A stretch of DNA of 64,000 nucleotides from the NCBI GenBank assembly GCA_028534125.1, contig CM052818.1, positions 42,162,001 to 42,226,000 on the forward strand, written 5' to 3'. Position 1 is the stretch's first letter; each line of letters begins with the position of its first letter. The notes beneath the pieces are model-generated. The model was not told where the DNA came from, did no database searches, and worked only from the letters and a program-made list of their open reading frames with translations. The stretch is from Lama glama. Taxonomy: Eukaryota. Positions 49,587 to 61,731 of this stretch are shown here, piece after piece. The translations under genes and the position numbers were made by a program.

Positions 49587-52500
49587 TATATATTTTTAAA
49601 TGACACGCTTTCAACACCTTTCTTTTGAGATTTTAATTCTAATTTTACTGTAAATTTCTATAAACAAAATCTGACTTTTCAACTGGGAATCTCCAAAAAT
49701 TCCTTGATAAAATACACAGATAATTAGTGTTTGAAGGTAATTCTTTCTAGATCCTCAATTACATCTCAGCAGAGACTAAAGTTTGAAAACATGTCTCCTT
49801 TCTTGGCCTCTTTTTCAGAAGCCATCCATTCTCAGAATCCTTGATGATTCTTTGATACTAATTTTAAGTGTAAAATTCAATGATTTTAGTAAATAAATAG
49901 AGTTGTGCAACCAGTACTATAATCAGTTTTAGAATATTTCCATTACCCTTAAAGATGTCTCATGGCTTTGAGTTTCATGGACTATAAATCGCCCTCAGTA
50001 AAAGTGTAGTAAATAAAGGAATGAATAAGAAAGAAAAAGAAAGATCTTTTAAGCAGGCATTCATTTGCATACTTTTATCTTTGTGTTAATAAAGATACCC
50101 ATGTTTCATAGAGTCAATGGGGAAGAACCAGGTTTGATTAATAATATATGTCATGGTTGTACAAAGCAAGAGCCCAAACATTTGGATGATTAGGTTTTTT
50201 TTTCCTTTTAGTCAACTATGTTTTAGGCCAAATACAGATCCTACAGAAAGAACTTGAGACAACATTTGCAAGGACTAATAAGCTAGGGTGTCAACTCAGC
50301 TACTTACTGGCAAGCTAGGTGGGAGTGAACTGGCTGAAGAGTAGGTGGTTACTGCGTTCTCCTAAGCGTGCACTGGTGGGGATTTCTGCTATTCTGGGGA
50401 AGGCTCAGAAGGTGGAATTGGAGATCGTCTTTAGAAAGCTGTTTTAATTTTAGGGGACACTGAGGAATACCTGTAAGTAATAGCATGCTCAAGTGTTAAA
50501 GGGCTGTGCTCTGTGTATCCCGATTAGGTCATCTCGTGTGGGTTTCTCATTTCCCCTAAACTCTAAGCATTTTAAATACATGGGTCCTTTACACTCGTGG
50601 GTTAAAGGGAGTATTATGAATAAATAGCAAGTACTTAGTGGGGGGATCAAAAATGTTTATTGTGTAAATGAGCTCTGAGGACATGATGATAACTTCACTG
50701 GCACAAAATGTGAGGAAAACAGTAGAAGAGGGCGTAGAAAGGAAGGGGTGCAGTAGAGAATGGGGAGGGACCACAGTCTCTGTAATACGTCACCCTTGTC
50801 TAGGGAAATTTGGTTCGTCCCACAAATGTTTAAACTTGATCTTGTGGAGAAGATAGTGTTCATAGTTCTCTACATTAAAGGTTTACCCAAGGGCACGGGT
50901 AAATTTTGTTCTCTCATAGAGTGTAAGTTCCAAATATAGATCTATGAAATGCTTTCGGAAGCTAATCAGTGGACCTTTACAGCCGTTACAGTGCCATCAA
51001 ATTGCGCATCTTTCTCTCAGGTTCCTAAGGTCATATATATTCTTTGAGAATCAGGGCATTGATGTGTAAAAAGACACACTATAGTGACAGCTGGAGGAGC
51101 AGTTGGGCATAAATTGCACTGGGAAATTTTTCATAAACCCTAGCTAGGTGAGATTAATAATTTTGTGAAGGATTGCTCCTAGAAAAGGAGTGTGTAGTAC
51201 AGTCATGATCTTATAATGTTGATTATCTCCCGCTTCAGGGCGAGCCTGCACTTGCCTTGGATAATGTAGGGGACACTGACATCTGAGAGATTAATGTGTG
51301 GCCTTGTCCCTGGGAAGTATGAATGTCAGTAATAGAGCAACATATTAAGGAGCTTTCCATTTTGCCTTTCAAATTCTCATTCCTCCAGTGTGAGAAATTC
51401 TTCCTTCCATAAGTTCAGGTTGGTGTTTTGAAGAGAAAGGAAGGGGTGCTGTTGTCTGTGGAGAAGCTGCATTGTCTCGGTGGAGGTGACAGTCCTTAGG
51501 TGTGAAGGAAAAGACTTGCTGAGCTTCACAGATTAATCTTTTTTTTTTTTTTGGCTTCATAGGCATTTATTTCTGGGGAGGTGGGGAGGCAGGGAGGTGG
51601 AAATCTTGGCTGTGCCCTGTGATCTGTTTTCATCCAGATATGTTACAGGTACTGCGACTCAGGAGTATCTTGGTCCTTGGCAGCCTCCAGCTGGCTGTCT
51701 TTTAAGTCGAAAATAGTGCTTTATTAGTTTGACCTTTTTTGGCCTAGCATTGAAAAAAGTTAAATTATTTGTAAATCAGCTGTGACCCATCCATCACCCC
51801 TATGATTGACAGTTCTTTGATAGGAGGGGCTAATTCTCATTATGTTACAGTTATATTTAAATGGGCCTTTGAGACCTTTGTATAGTTTTAAATCTGTTCA
51901 GCAGCTTAATCAACCAGTCTCTCTTCGTCTCTCATTCTCTGAGTGTTCTGATTGCAGTTAACCGTTATGATAACTTTGTATGTCAGTGAATTTCATTAAT
52001 CTTAAGCAAGGTATTTTGTGGAAGGTGTTTTCCCCCTGGTTTTAAGAACGGCTCCACAATCCCTCTGCAAAGATTGATGGAAATGCACTTTTAAGCAGTA
52101 ACTTGGGCCAGGCTGAATTTCTTCTTGCACTTGGGAGTGATGCTCACTGTTGGGGTCCTCTCTGGGGAGTAGAGAGCTGAAAACAGACCATCAAGGCACC
52201 GTTAGCTTACTTTGTGGGAATGAAGGAATGCTGCTTCATTGTGTCTTATAAACAAATAGAAAACTAAACATATTTGTGAAGCTAATGTGCTAGATTAGGA
52301 GGCAGGAGACCCATGCTACTTGTTAGCTGTGTGACCTCAAGCCAAGGCGTTCTTCCCTGACCACACTTGGCTGGCACTGCCCTGGGCGCAGACAGTCCGT
52401 GGCTGTTTTACCAAGCTGCTCGGGACGTCTGGTACAGACTACTAAGTGGCATTGAACAGAGCAGAATTGTGCCAGGGGGTTCGGTAGCAGGCATTGCAGA

Positions 52501-55143
52501 AAGACCCCTTGTCAGAGAGGCCTGGCAGGCCGCAGTTAGCAGCATTCAGTAGAGGGGGGCTAGGCTTCAAAGAGAGGACTTGTTTTCCTGAGAACAAATT
52601 TGAGCAAGACTTCAAAACTCAACCTGCTGGTATTGAAATAGAAGGTGAGAATTTGGTTTTAGAACCTGGACAGTTCTGAAATCAGGATTCAAAGTGGACA
52701 TGGCATGGACCAGATAGATGGATGCTGAACACACTAATATTACATTGTGCTTTTGCAGAGAAGCGGCCTGTCCATCCTAATGATTGGGTGGGAATTAGGA
52801 TTTTAGATGATTGTTGGCTTCAGCTGTGGATTGAGGGTGGCACGAGGGGCAAAGACATCCAAGAAATCCAAGATTAACAGAAATTTCAGTGTTGAACTAG
52901 TAAGCTTTTTATAGTAAAGAATGTTTAAGATCAAATTAAAATGAATTAAAATTGGGAACATTTCTGTGATCCCAAGAGAAGGTCGTGAAGTAGTAGGTAA
53001 CAGCTTTTGAGCCCTCATTTTGCTAGGCGTGGTCTGAAGCACTTTTAATTTCAGGGCATGTCGTTTTTCTTTCTTTCTTTTTTTCTTTTTCTTTCCTTGC
53101 TGGTTGTATGCCACAAGCCCATTTGGTCGTTCATTGAGCAGGTCACCTGTAAGAGTTTCTTGCTCTATTGTTTCAAATTTCTTTCCTTGGCTTTAAGGAG
53201 TTTTATGCCACTAGATGGCAGATTCTTCCAACATTTACTAGATTGAAGACGCTTCTTAATAAACTACTTATAATTCTTCTTGGAATCAGTTTGTAGTGTT
53301 ACGTTTGGCCTCCCAGCACGTCAGGATCGTGTGTGTGTGGAGGTGATGTGGGGGGTACACCTTGTGTCTCTCTCTTGCTTTCCTCACACGGGCCTGACCA
53401 CCCCCTTCCGATTGCCCCTTGTTCTGCTCTGGCCTCAGCTTTTACTCTCGCTCATTTAATTTACTCCTTTTGTTTTTTGGCTCCATCACTTACAGTTTAT
53501 GTTTATTGTCTGATATGTCCATCCTGCTTTGAGTTTTAGACTCTTTGAGAGTCAGAGCTGGAAAAGAGTTTCATCCATCATTTGGCTCAGCCCCTTCATT
53601 TCTCAGGGGGGGAAATTGAAGCGGGAGAGGTTAAACCAAGGACAAGGACTGTGTCTTATTTATCTTCGTGTCCCTGTAGTTCTTCGCACATAGTGCGCAG
53701 CTAGATGGTTGTGGGTTGAAACAGCTGTGGTCAGTGCTGTGAAGGGTACAGACAGTCTCTGTGTCCAGGTGGCTTAGCATTTAGTGACGGAGGCAATAAC
53801 TTACAGTGTAGAAGGTGTATAGTGATATGTGGCTGGGAAGTGAGCATGATAAACCATTTTGTGTTGTTAAGGACCCCTTCGAACTTTCCGTCCTGCTGTT
53901 CCTGCTTGCCTTTTATAGGCTGAGAGCACTAAAGTGCGTCTTCTGTCATTCTCCCAGCGCACCACTTACAGACTCATCTCGGTGCTCTGGTACATCCTGT
54001 CCCCTTGGCCGAGAAGGCTCTTTACCTGATCCCTCTCTCCTTCTGGGAAGTTGTTTAAAGAATAAACCCTTCTCTCATGTTACCCTTTGAAGCCTTCCTT
54101 GACCTCTTCCTCCATGCAGTTAATTTATCCCTTAGGCTGTTTCTGTACCTAACTCGAGGGTCACTGAGGAGGTCCCTGCAGGAGTGGTCTGTGCTGGCTT
54201 GTCCTTTCCCCTGGAGTGGACGGTGCCATCATCATTCCCATGCCTGAGTGTGTGTCCACGGCTATCTGAGAAAGGAGGGAGGGACAGAGCGCGTGCCCCC
54301 CAGCCTCGCACCGTGGTCGGTACTGATGCCCTGGGAGGGCTTGCCACGACCCTGCGGGTGAATCTGAGAATGAGACGTGGTTTAGTAAGTAGGCTTTTGA
54401 GCTGCCTCATACATTTCCTCACTGCTTAGCGAACTTTACGTTTATAAATATTGATGGTGAAGGAAACTAATAATACGTGGTTACTTTGTTGCAGAGGTAC
54501 GTGACCCTGGTACCCCTGACTCCTAGGCCCACGGTTCTCTTCTTTTCCACACAATTCTGAGGTTGAAGATCATTGAGAAAGTTGATCTCTTTCTCGTTCT
54601 CTCTTTTGTGTTTTTGTTAAGGAGAAGTTAAATTTTAATTCCTACACATCATATGCTTTAGTTTTCAGAATTTAATTTGTACACTAGAAATTCTGTATTG
54701 CTTTATATCTTTGTAGAATAATTTAAAAACAATTACTTGCCTCAAAATGTGATTCTGAAAGTAAGTAGTTAAGAGGCCAATGCTCTGTGTATTTAAGGTT
54801 ATGGTTACCACTGTGTGTAAAAGTTCTGGGTGGAGGAACTTGCTGCAGCATAAAATAACATTGATTTTAAAAATTATTTTCTACAGTATTGTCTGTTTGT
54901 GGTCTTAATTTTTGCAAAAATCTAACAGTCCTTTCAGTAGTAAATCACAGAATGCTCTAGATGTAACTATTAACTTACAAACACCTTCAAAATGTCGCAA
55001 AGCAAATGATACGCTAATTTCATTTTCAGTATTTCACTAGACTTGTGGGTTGATGCTAAAAGATGAAACCAATTCACCGAATTTTTCTCCTGGACTTCAT
55101 TAAGTGGACAAATTTATGTACATAATTTGGGATACTATATCTT

Positions 55144-55467
55144 TTAAACATTTTTATTGAAGTATAGTTGATTTACAATGTTGTGTTAGTTTCAGGTGTA
55201 TAGCAGAGTGATTCAGTTATACATATACATATATATATGTTTTTTTTCAGATTCTTTTCCATTATAGGTTATTACAAGATATTGAATATAGTTCCCTGTG
55301 CTACACAGTAGGTACTTGCTGTTTGTCTGTTTTATATACAGTAGTGTGTATATGTTAATCCCAAACTCCTAATTTATCCCTCCTGGCTCCTTTTCCCTTG
55401 GGTAACTGCGGTTTGTTTTCTGTCTGTCTGTGAGCTGTATACAAACCGGAAATAGACTCACAGACCA
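55144..55467 (-). mobile_element. 5'-truncated L1 3' end with a short 5' inversion
   Basis: TTTTTATTGAAGTATAGTTGATTTACAATG… body; 15-bp TSD GGGATACT(A/G)TATCTT at 55129-55143 and 55468-55482; 55435-55467 lies in the opposite orientation. Confidence 0.9.
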
Positions 55468-58159
55468 GGGATACTGTATCTTGACGTTCCTCCTTAAGTT
55501 AAAAAAAGAGAGAAGAGTATCGGGAATGACATAACACCTAAGTGCCTACTACTCATTATTAACAAACATTAAGGTTGTCGTTTTTCACTTAAGGGGGTGT
55601 GTGTTTGTGTGTGTGTAGATACATGCAAACATGTAAATAAGAGAGAGACCATAGTACAAACAAAATTTCCTGCTTCCATCCCTTTATCTCACTTCCCCTT
55701 TCTAGAGGCACCTGTTCACATGATTTTGGTGACTTTCCAATGTGTGTTTTTATATTCGTTCTCTCTACACTGTATACGTTTCCCTGAACAATTTATTGAA
55801 TTTATTTATCTGTCCCTTTTAAATATTTAAAATATTTTAATTTTTCTGCGTTATAAATAGTGCTGCATTTACCAAGAGATAAATATACCTGTGCAAGAAT
55901 TTCCCTAGAGTTTTCTTTGAACAGAATTTGGGGGGTTGTTACGGGTGTGCATTTGTTAGATGTTGTCATTTGATTCTCTAAAATGATGGCTCCAGTCTCA
56001 CTAGTACTTTATAAGAGTTACTGTGTCCTTAAACTTTCTGGAGGGTGGTTGGTATAAATCTGTGTTGCTTTAATCTGTATTACTGGCTTTTGTGTTTTTC
56101 ATTTTGTGGCTGGCTTATTCTTTGTCCATTTTTCTTTTGGACTGGTTGTAGGAGATCTTTATAGATTCTGTCTGCTAAACTGTATGCTCTGTTAGTTTTT
56201 ATATGTTATAAATAATGTCTCCTGGTGTATGATTTTTTACTTCACAAATAGAAGTTTTAGATTTTAACATGGTCAAATTTGAAGGAAAATGTCTTGACAG
56301 TGAGGTAGGAAAGTTTTTAACAGGTCAAGATGCACAAAGCACAAATCATAAAGGAATAGATTATCCTTTATCAAGTGTGAGTTGAGTTGGACCTTTGTAG
56401 AGCTCTGCCCTTGCGTGTGAACTTCATATTTGTTTAGTTCTGTCACATCAGTGTGTTCCGTCCCATAAGAAGTTCTGTTGGGATTTTGTTTGAAATTTCA
56501 TTCAGTTCATATATTAATCAAGAAGAATTGGCTTCTTCATGTTATTGAGAGTCTGTCAAAAAGCGTGGTATCTCTGTCTTTATTTATAACTCTTAATGTC
56601 TTTCAGGAACATTTTGAAATTCTCACCCTGATGCTTCTTTTTTCCAGATTCCCCCCTTAGCACGGCCGGGTGCCCTCTTTGTCAGTTGGTGACTCCTCAT
56701 CCCTGATTCCCTCCCTTCTCCTTGCCTCATCTTCTCACGTCTTACTGCTGAAACCTAGTGAGAATGAGGGCGGGCAAGGGGAAGGTGGTGTCTGTGGCAC
56801 CTTTCTCTCCGTGCTACCTGAGGGGAAAGTTGGAGATTTAAATTCACTCAGTCGCTCAGAGAGCATTTGTTGTGTATCCTGTGCTGGGCCTCAGACTGCA
56901 CTCTTTCCCATTGACTGTTTGCATCTCAGTTGCATGGTTTCACTTCACTCTGGCTGGGGTTGCCTGGGAAGCCTACTTCTAACACTGTGATCGTGATGGA
57001 GAAGGTTTATTTACTAGGCCAGGCATCACTGCTAAGCTGCTTTTTCCCCCTTAATCACTTGTAGATGAGCCCCAGTCAGCACTGAGTCGTGTAAAACAAT
57101 AAAGTGGTGGACCCAGTTAACATCTTGAATTGGGGCTGACGCCCCTTGGCGTGTACAACAGAGACGACCCTTCGGTGGACGTGGGCGGGGTTGTCGTCTC
57201 CAGCTGTGGTTGTTTTCCTTCTGAACCATTTACTCCTGGGCTCTGGTCTGGTCTTCCTTTCCATGTGCCCTCAGAGAGCAAGCCTTTTGAATGCCGAGAG
57301 AATACCTTGTTCATCTCCGTCTACTCAGTGCCTGCACGTTGCCTGGCACACAGTAGCTGCTGGTTACCTGTTTTGTGAACACGCTGATGAAGTCATCTCA
57401 GTTCCCCTCCCTGTAAACACACGAACGCACACAGGTCTGCTTGTCTCGGTGAACACACGGGCGTTCTTGTCGCTGGGGCATCCCTGTCCTGAAGCTGCCA
57501 TACCATCTGGTGGGAACAGCACGTGATGAGTTCCATCAGTCTGCCTCTTGTCCACTTACTCCTCAGTCTGGCATGGATGGAGGAAAGGCTGTTTTAGAAG
57601 CAGTTACTGAATCTCTTTTATTTTTAATGGAGCTTATCTTGTCGTAGCCAGTTTGATCTATGTGTGGCCGTGTTTCTTAGACTTCACAGGGAGGAAGTGT
57701 CTTCTGGGATCAAGGCCAGGAGATAAGAAGAATCTGAACTCTCAATTAGCTCTTCTTCAGTAATCAGGCAATGTAAAGTTTTATACATATATTTTTTAAT
57801 CTGAAAATTAGATAATGACATCTGTCCTCTCTATGACATAGTCGTGCAGATTAACTAGTAATGCTCAAACCCTTGAGAAAGAATTACGTGGTTGCTATAA
57901 ATATAGATATGGTTACATATGCTCAGTGTTGCACACTGAGTAGAGGAAAATTATTTCGCTTATTAGGAATCTGCTGTATCCTGGCCTTTTAGGGATTTAT
58001 TGAATTCTCCAGCAGTGTTTTGTTTTTATTATAACGATAGGCTTCTGATTTTTAAAGATACGTTTTATGAGAATCACATGTTTTCTATTTGAGAAAATGC
58101 TGTGACTAAATTCAGAAATGTAGATATTCAAAATTAGTTGTTTTGTTTCTGTTTATTCA

Positions 58160-58750
58160 GAGGGGTTTTTCCAAACAAATTGACTTTTGAATAAAAAGTT
58201 CCTTATGGAACATCTGAAGCATGTTCACAGAAGAGTACACTGACTCCCCCATGCCTGCCTTTCGGTTGACAGTCAGCTCACGGCCAAGCTCATTTCAGCT
58301 CTAGCCTCAGCTGTTCCTCCCCTCCTGTGCCCAGAGTATTGTGAAGCAAATCCTGGACAGCATGTAATTTCATCTGAATATCTCAGCGTGTATTTCTAAA
58401 AAATAAGGACTCTGAAAAAACATAAACATGAGACCGTTATCATATATGAACATCACTAATAATAATTTATCAGTATCTTCAAGTTTCCAGACTGTTCCCT
58501 CTTAACTGGTTGATCTGTACTCCATTCTCTCCTCCTTTCTCCATCTTTTACTCAGAGGGATGGAGAGGGGAGGGGGAGAGAGAGAGAGAGAACACGTTGT
58601 GTGTTCTGAGGAAGCCATATCATTGATTCTGTAGTTTCCTATTGTCTAGATTTTTTTCGATTTCCCATTGTTTAGATGGCATCTTTGTTGTATTGTTTGA
58701 ACTGTTTTTCTCTTTTCAGCTGTATTTTCTTTAAACTGATAGTTAGAGCC
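58160..58750 (-). mobile_element. Ancient L1 (L1MC-like) 3' fragment with a GA-rich simple repeat
   Basis: TGAAGCAAATCCTGGACAGCAT…ATTTCATCTG…AAAATAAGGACTCT motifs; (GA)n near 58576-58592. Confidence 0.6.
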
Positions 58751-59131
58751 AGAGGAATAATATGATTTTATCTTGTGTTAGATAGACTTTTTTGGGAGAA
58801 ATTATTTTAGAGTAAAAGAATCATTTGAACAGAATTATTGCTATAGGCAAGTAACACTTGTCCTGCTAGCTTGACTTTGGGCTCAGATCTCTTTTGCCCT
58901 GGTGAACAGGATTAATTCTGTGTTAGCTTTGAGGACTGGCCTAGGGTGGAAATAGCCCAGCGGGTTGCTTCAAGCCATCTTCTCAAAGTTCATTGTTTCT
59001 GATCTGCTGTGATGAAAACTTGTTAGACGGTATATAAAAGCAGTAGGAAAAAGGCTTTGAGTGAAGGTTCAAGTTGTGTTTGTGAATAAAGCACAGTTAC
59101 AATATTTTATGAATTTTTTTGGTATATAAAA

Positions 59132-59305
59132 ATTTTTAAAATTCAGGTATGGTTGATGTGCAGTGCTGTGTTAGTTTCGGGTGTACAGTAAGGTGATTCA
59201 TTTATACTTACATATATTCTTTTTCAGATTCTTTTCCATTATGGATTCTTACAAGATTTGAATATAGTTCCCTGTGCTCTACAGTAGGTCCTTGTTGTTT
59301 ATCTA
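59132..59305 (-). mobile_element. Short cetartiodactyl-type L1 3' end
   Basis: Aligns by eye with the 45481 and 55144 copies (TTTTTCAGATTCTTTTCCATTAT…GAATATAGTTCCCTGTGCT…CAGTAGGTCCTTGTTG). Confidence 0.88.
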
Positions 59306-59698
59306 TGATTTTTTTTTTAATTGAAGTATACTTAATGACTTTTGAGACTGTGAACTGGCCTAAGCTCTCTGGCTAAACCTAGAAAGATTTTATGCCGTTT
59401 GGAAAGTTTTATGACCGAGAGTATATGTAGACATCCGGTTTTTAAAAATTATTGTCGGTTTTTTATTGGTAGCCTAGTTTGGAACAGGAACCGCATAGTG
59501 GGTCATTTATGCCTCAAAAACAAACTGTATAGAAGAAGAGATTATTATGCTGGAAACCTTAACTTAGACAGTGCTGTATGTCAGTTATATCCAATAAAAC
59601 TGGGGAAAAAAAAGGATGTTGGAAAGTTGGTCAGATGAGCAGTTGGTGGAATTAGTCTGGCAGGTCGTCTGAAATCCGGGGCTGGGAAAGGAACACAG

Positions 59699-60174
59699 TG
59701 TGTGTTAGCTTTCTGTGGTTGCTCTGACAGATTACCACCAATTCAGTGGCTTAAAACAAGTTTGTTATCTTGAAGTTCTCGAGGTGAGAAGTCCGGAATG
59801 GGTCTCACTGAGCTCAAATCAAGGTGTCAGCAGGTGCGTCCTTTCTGGAGGCCCCGGGGGACAGTGTTTTCTTGCTGTTTCCAGCTTCTAGAGCAGCCCG
59901 GCTTCCCTGGCTCGTGGCTCCTTCTGTCTTCAAAGGCAGCGTCACTGGGCAGGCCTTTCTCACATCACAGGGCTCTGATACTGACATTCATGCTTCCCTC
60001 CTCCACTTTTAATGACCCTGGTGGTTCTTCGAGCCACCCGGATAATCCAGGATAATCTCCCTGTTTTAAGGTCGTTTGATTAACAACCTTAAATCCATGG
60101 AATATAACGTGGTCACAAGTTCTAGGGATCAGGACATGGGTATTTTTGGAGAGCCATTATTCTGCCTTCCCCAC
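59699..60174 (-). mobile_element. MaLR LTR (MLT1C/D-like)
   Basis: TGTGTGTTAGCTTTCTGTGG…AATCAAGGTGTCAGCAGG…TTTCCAGCTTCTAGAG…GATAATCCAGGATAATCTCCC…CATTATTCTGCCT. Confidence 0.85.
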
Positions 60175-61592
60175 GAGGTAAGCAGTGTTAGCAGAGGGCA
60201 GGTGTTGCATTTTGCACAAACGTGCCGAGCCCTTTTGGACTGCCTGTGGGCATACCCTTCTGCAAAGGTCCTGAAGGGCAGTGTTGGGAGCTCATGGTGC
60301 CCCGTCATGAGCTACTTTAATTATGTAACATTGAAGAGTTATTGGCTAACATCACCAGAAAACCGAGTCACAGTCTTTTGATGTGCCAGCTCTAAATAGT
60401 GTCATGAAGCGTCATTTTCCTTTACCTTTCAATTTCTGCACAGAAACTAAAATTTTTATGTGGAGGCTAAAAATTTGTAAAGTTCTGATTGATCTATGAC
60501 CATGGTATTGAAAAAGGTAAATACTAATTTGTCATGTGATGAAGTGCATCCTTTTGTTGACACCGTGGGGGCCTGGTGTTGGCAGGCATTATGTACATTG
60601 TGCTGGCAAGGGAGCTTGATGTTGTTTTCTGTCATTTGGGTTCGTGCTGGGGGCAGATTGTGTGGATGTGACCGAGGAGACCTCTGTCCTAAGTCTTTCT
60701 CTCTCTCAGGCAGCAGGGGCTTTCCCAAGCATCGGGGAGGGGCTTTTTTCTTTTTTTTTTACTGAGATATTGAAAAATGTGTAGCTTCTCCCATTTCTCT
60801 ATTGCCTTAGTGTAACTGGGAACAACAGGTGTTTCCTGTAATACCAAGTTTTACTTTCAAACTTTTTTCTCTTTTAGGTGACTGTGATGTCTGTTAGACG
60901 GTTCCCTGCCAGATTGACTGAACGTAACTTTAAAACTCATAACTGTTGGGTTCCATTCTGAATCAGCTTAGTTCGTGTGTGGTCACGTAGTCTTTTAACT
61001 TACAGGACCTGTTAGGCTGTTAGCCCTGTTGGTAACTGGCCTCTAAGTGCTGAAGAAGTGGAACAAACAGAAAAGTGAACCGGTCGTCATGTGCCACTGA
61101 GCTACTGCCCAGTCTGATCGCAGTGGTATTTCTGTTCAGTTCTGTCCAGCTGCTGCGTTCCCAGCTGTCATTGCTTCCCAACATCTGGAATTGTATCCTC
61201 CTTGCCTCTGATGTGCTGCTGTAGTGAACACATAGGTGTCTGTGTGAGGTGACACTTCTGTTTGTCAAAGTTTATTGACATGGATAAAGTTTCTTAGATA
61301 CTCAGCAGCCAACCTTAAAATAGTTTCTCTCGTTTCTAAGTTCCCATCTGGGCGTCAGGTGTTGGGATGTTTTACACCTGACCTCTGTGTTAGTGAAGGT
61401 GAAATTCTAGTTGAAAAAGCATCTGGTTTTCTGTTGTTTGTTTCCTCTTAAATACTTAACCTTCTAGGATTGGTCCATCATACCTTTGTTTCAGTTTTCC
61501 TTGTGAAGACGCCTGTTTCTGCTCTCTTTGTTTTGATGCTGTCTTGTTCATGTTTGTAATTTGTCAATTCTTTTTATCTTTCCCCTTTTTAG

Positions 61593-61731
61593 ACTTTTAT
61601 TGGTCGGTGGATGTGAAACTGCTGAAGTGGGCATATCAAAAGCTGCTAGCTGTGGACTTTCAGCCTGGAGAGTTCTTTCAGGATCGCCTTATTATAAGCA
61701 GGTCACTAATGGCGGAGACAGGGTCCCTGCA
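61593..61731 (+). CDS. NBAS: NBAS coding exon 10 (139 nt; LLLVGGCETAEVGISKAASCGLSAWRVLSGSPYYKQVTNGGDRVPA); gene continues beyond the window
   Basis: Long pyrimidine tract and TTTTAG acceptor, GCA|GTAAGT donor. Visible in ORF 61561..61776. Cumulative CDS is 885 nt with no stop. Confidence 0.96.
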
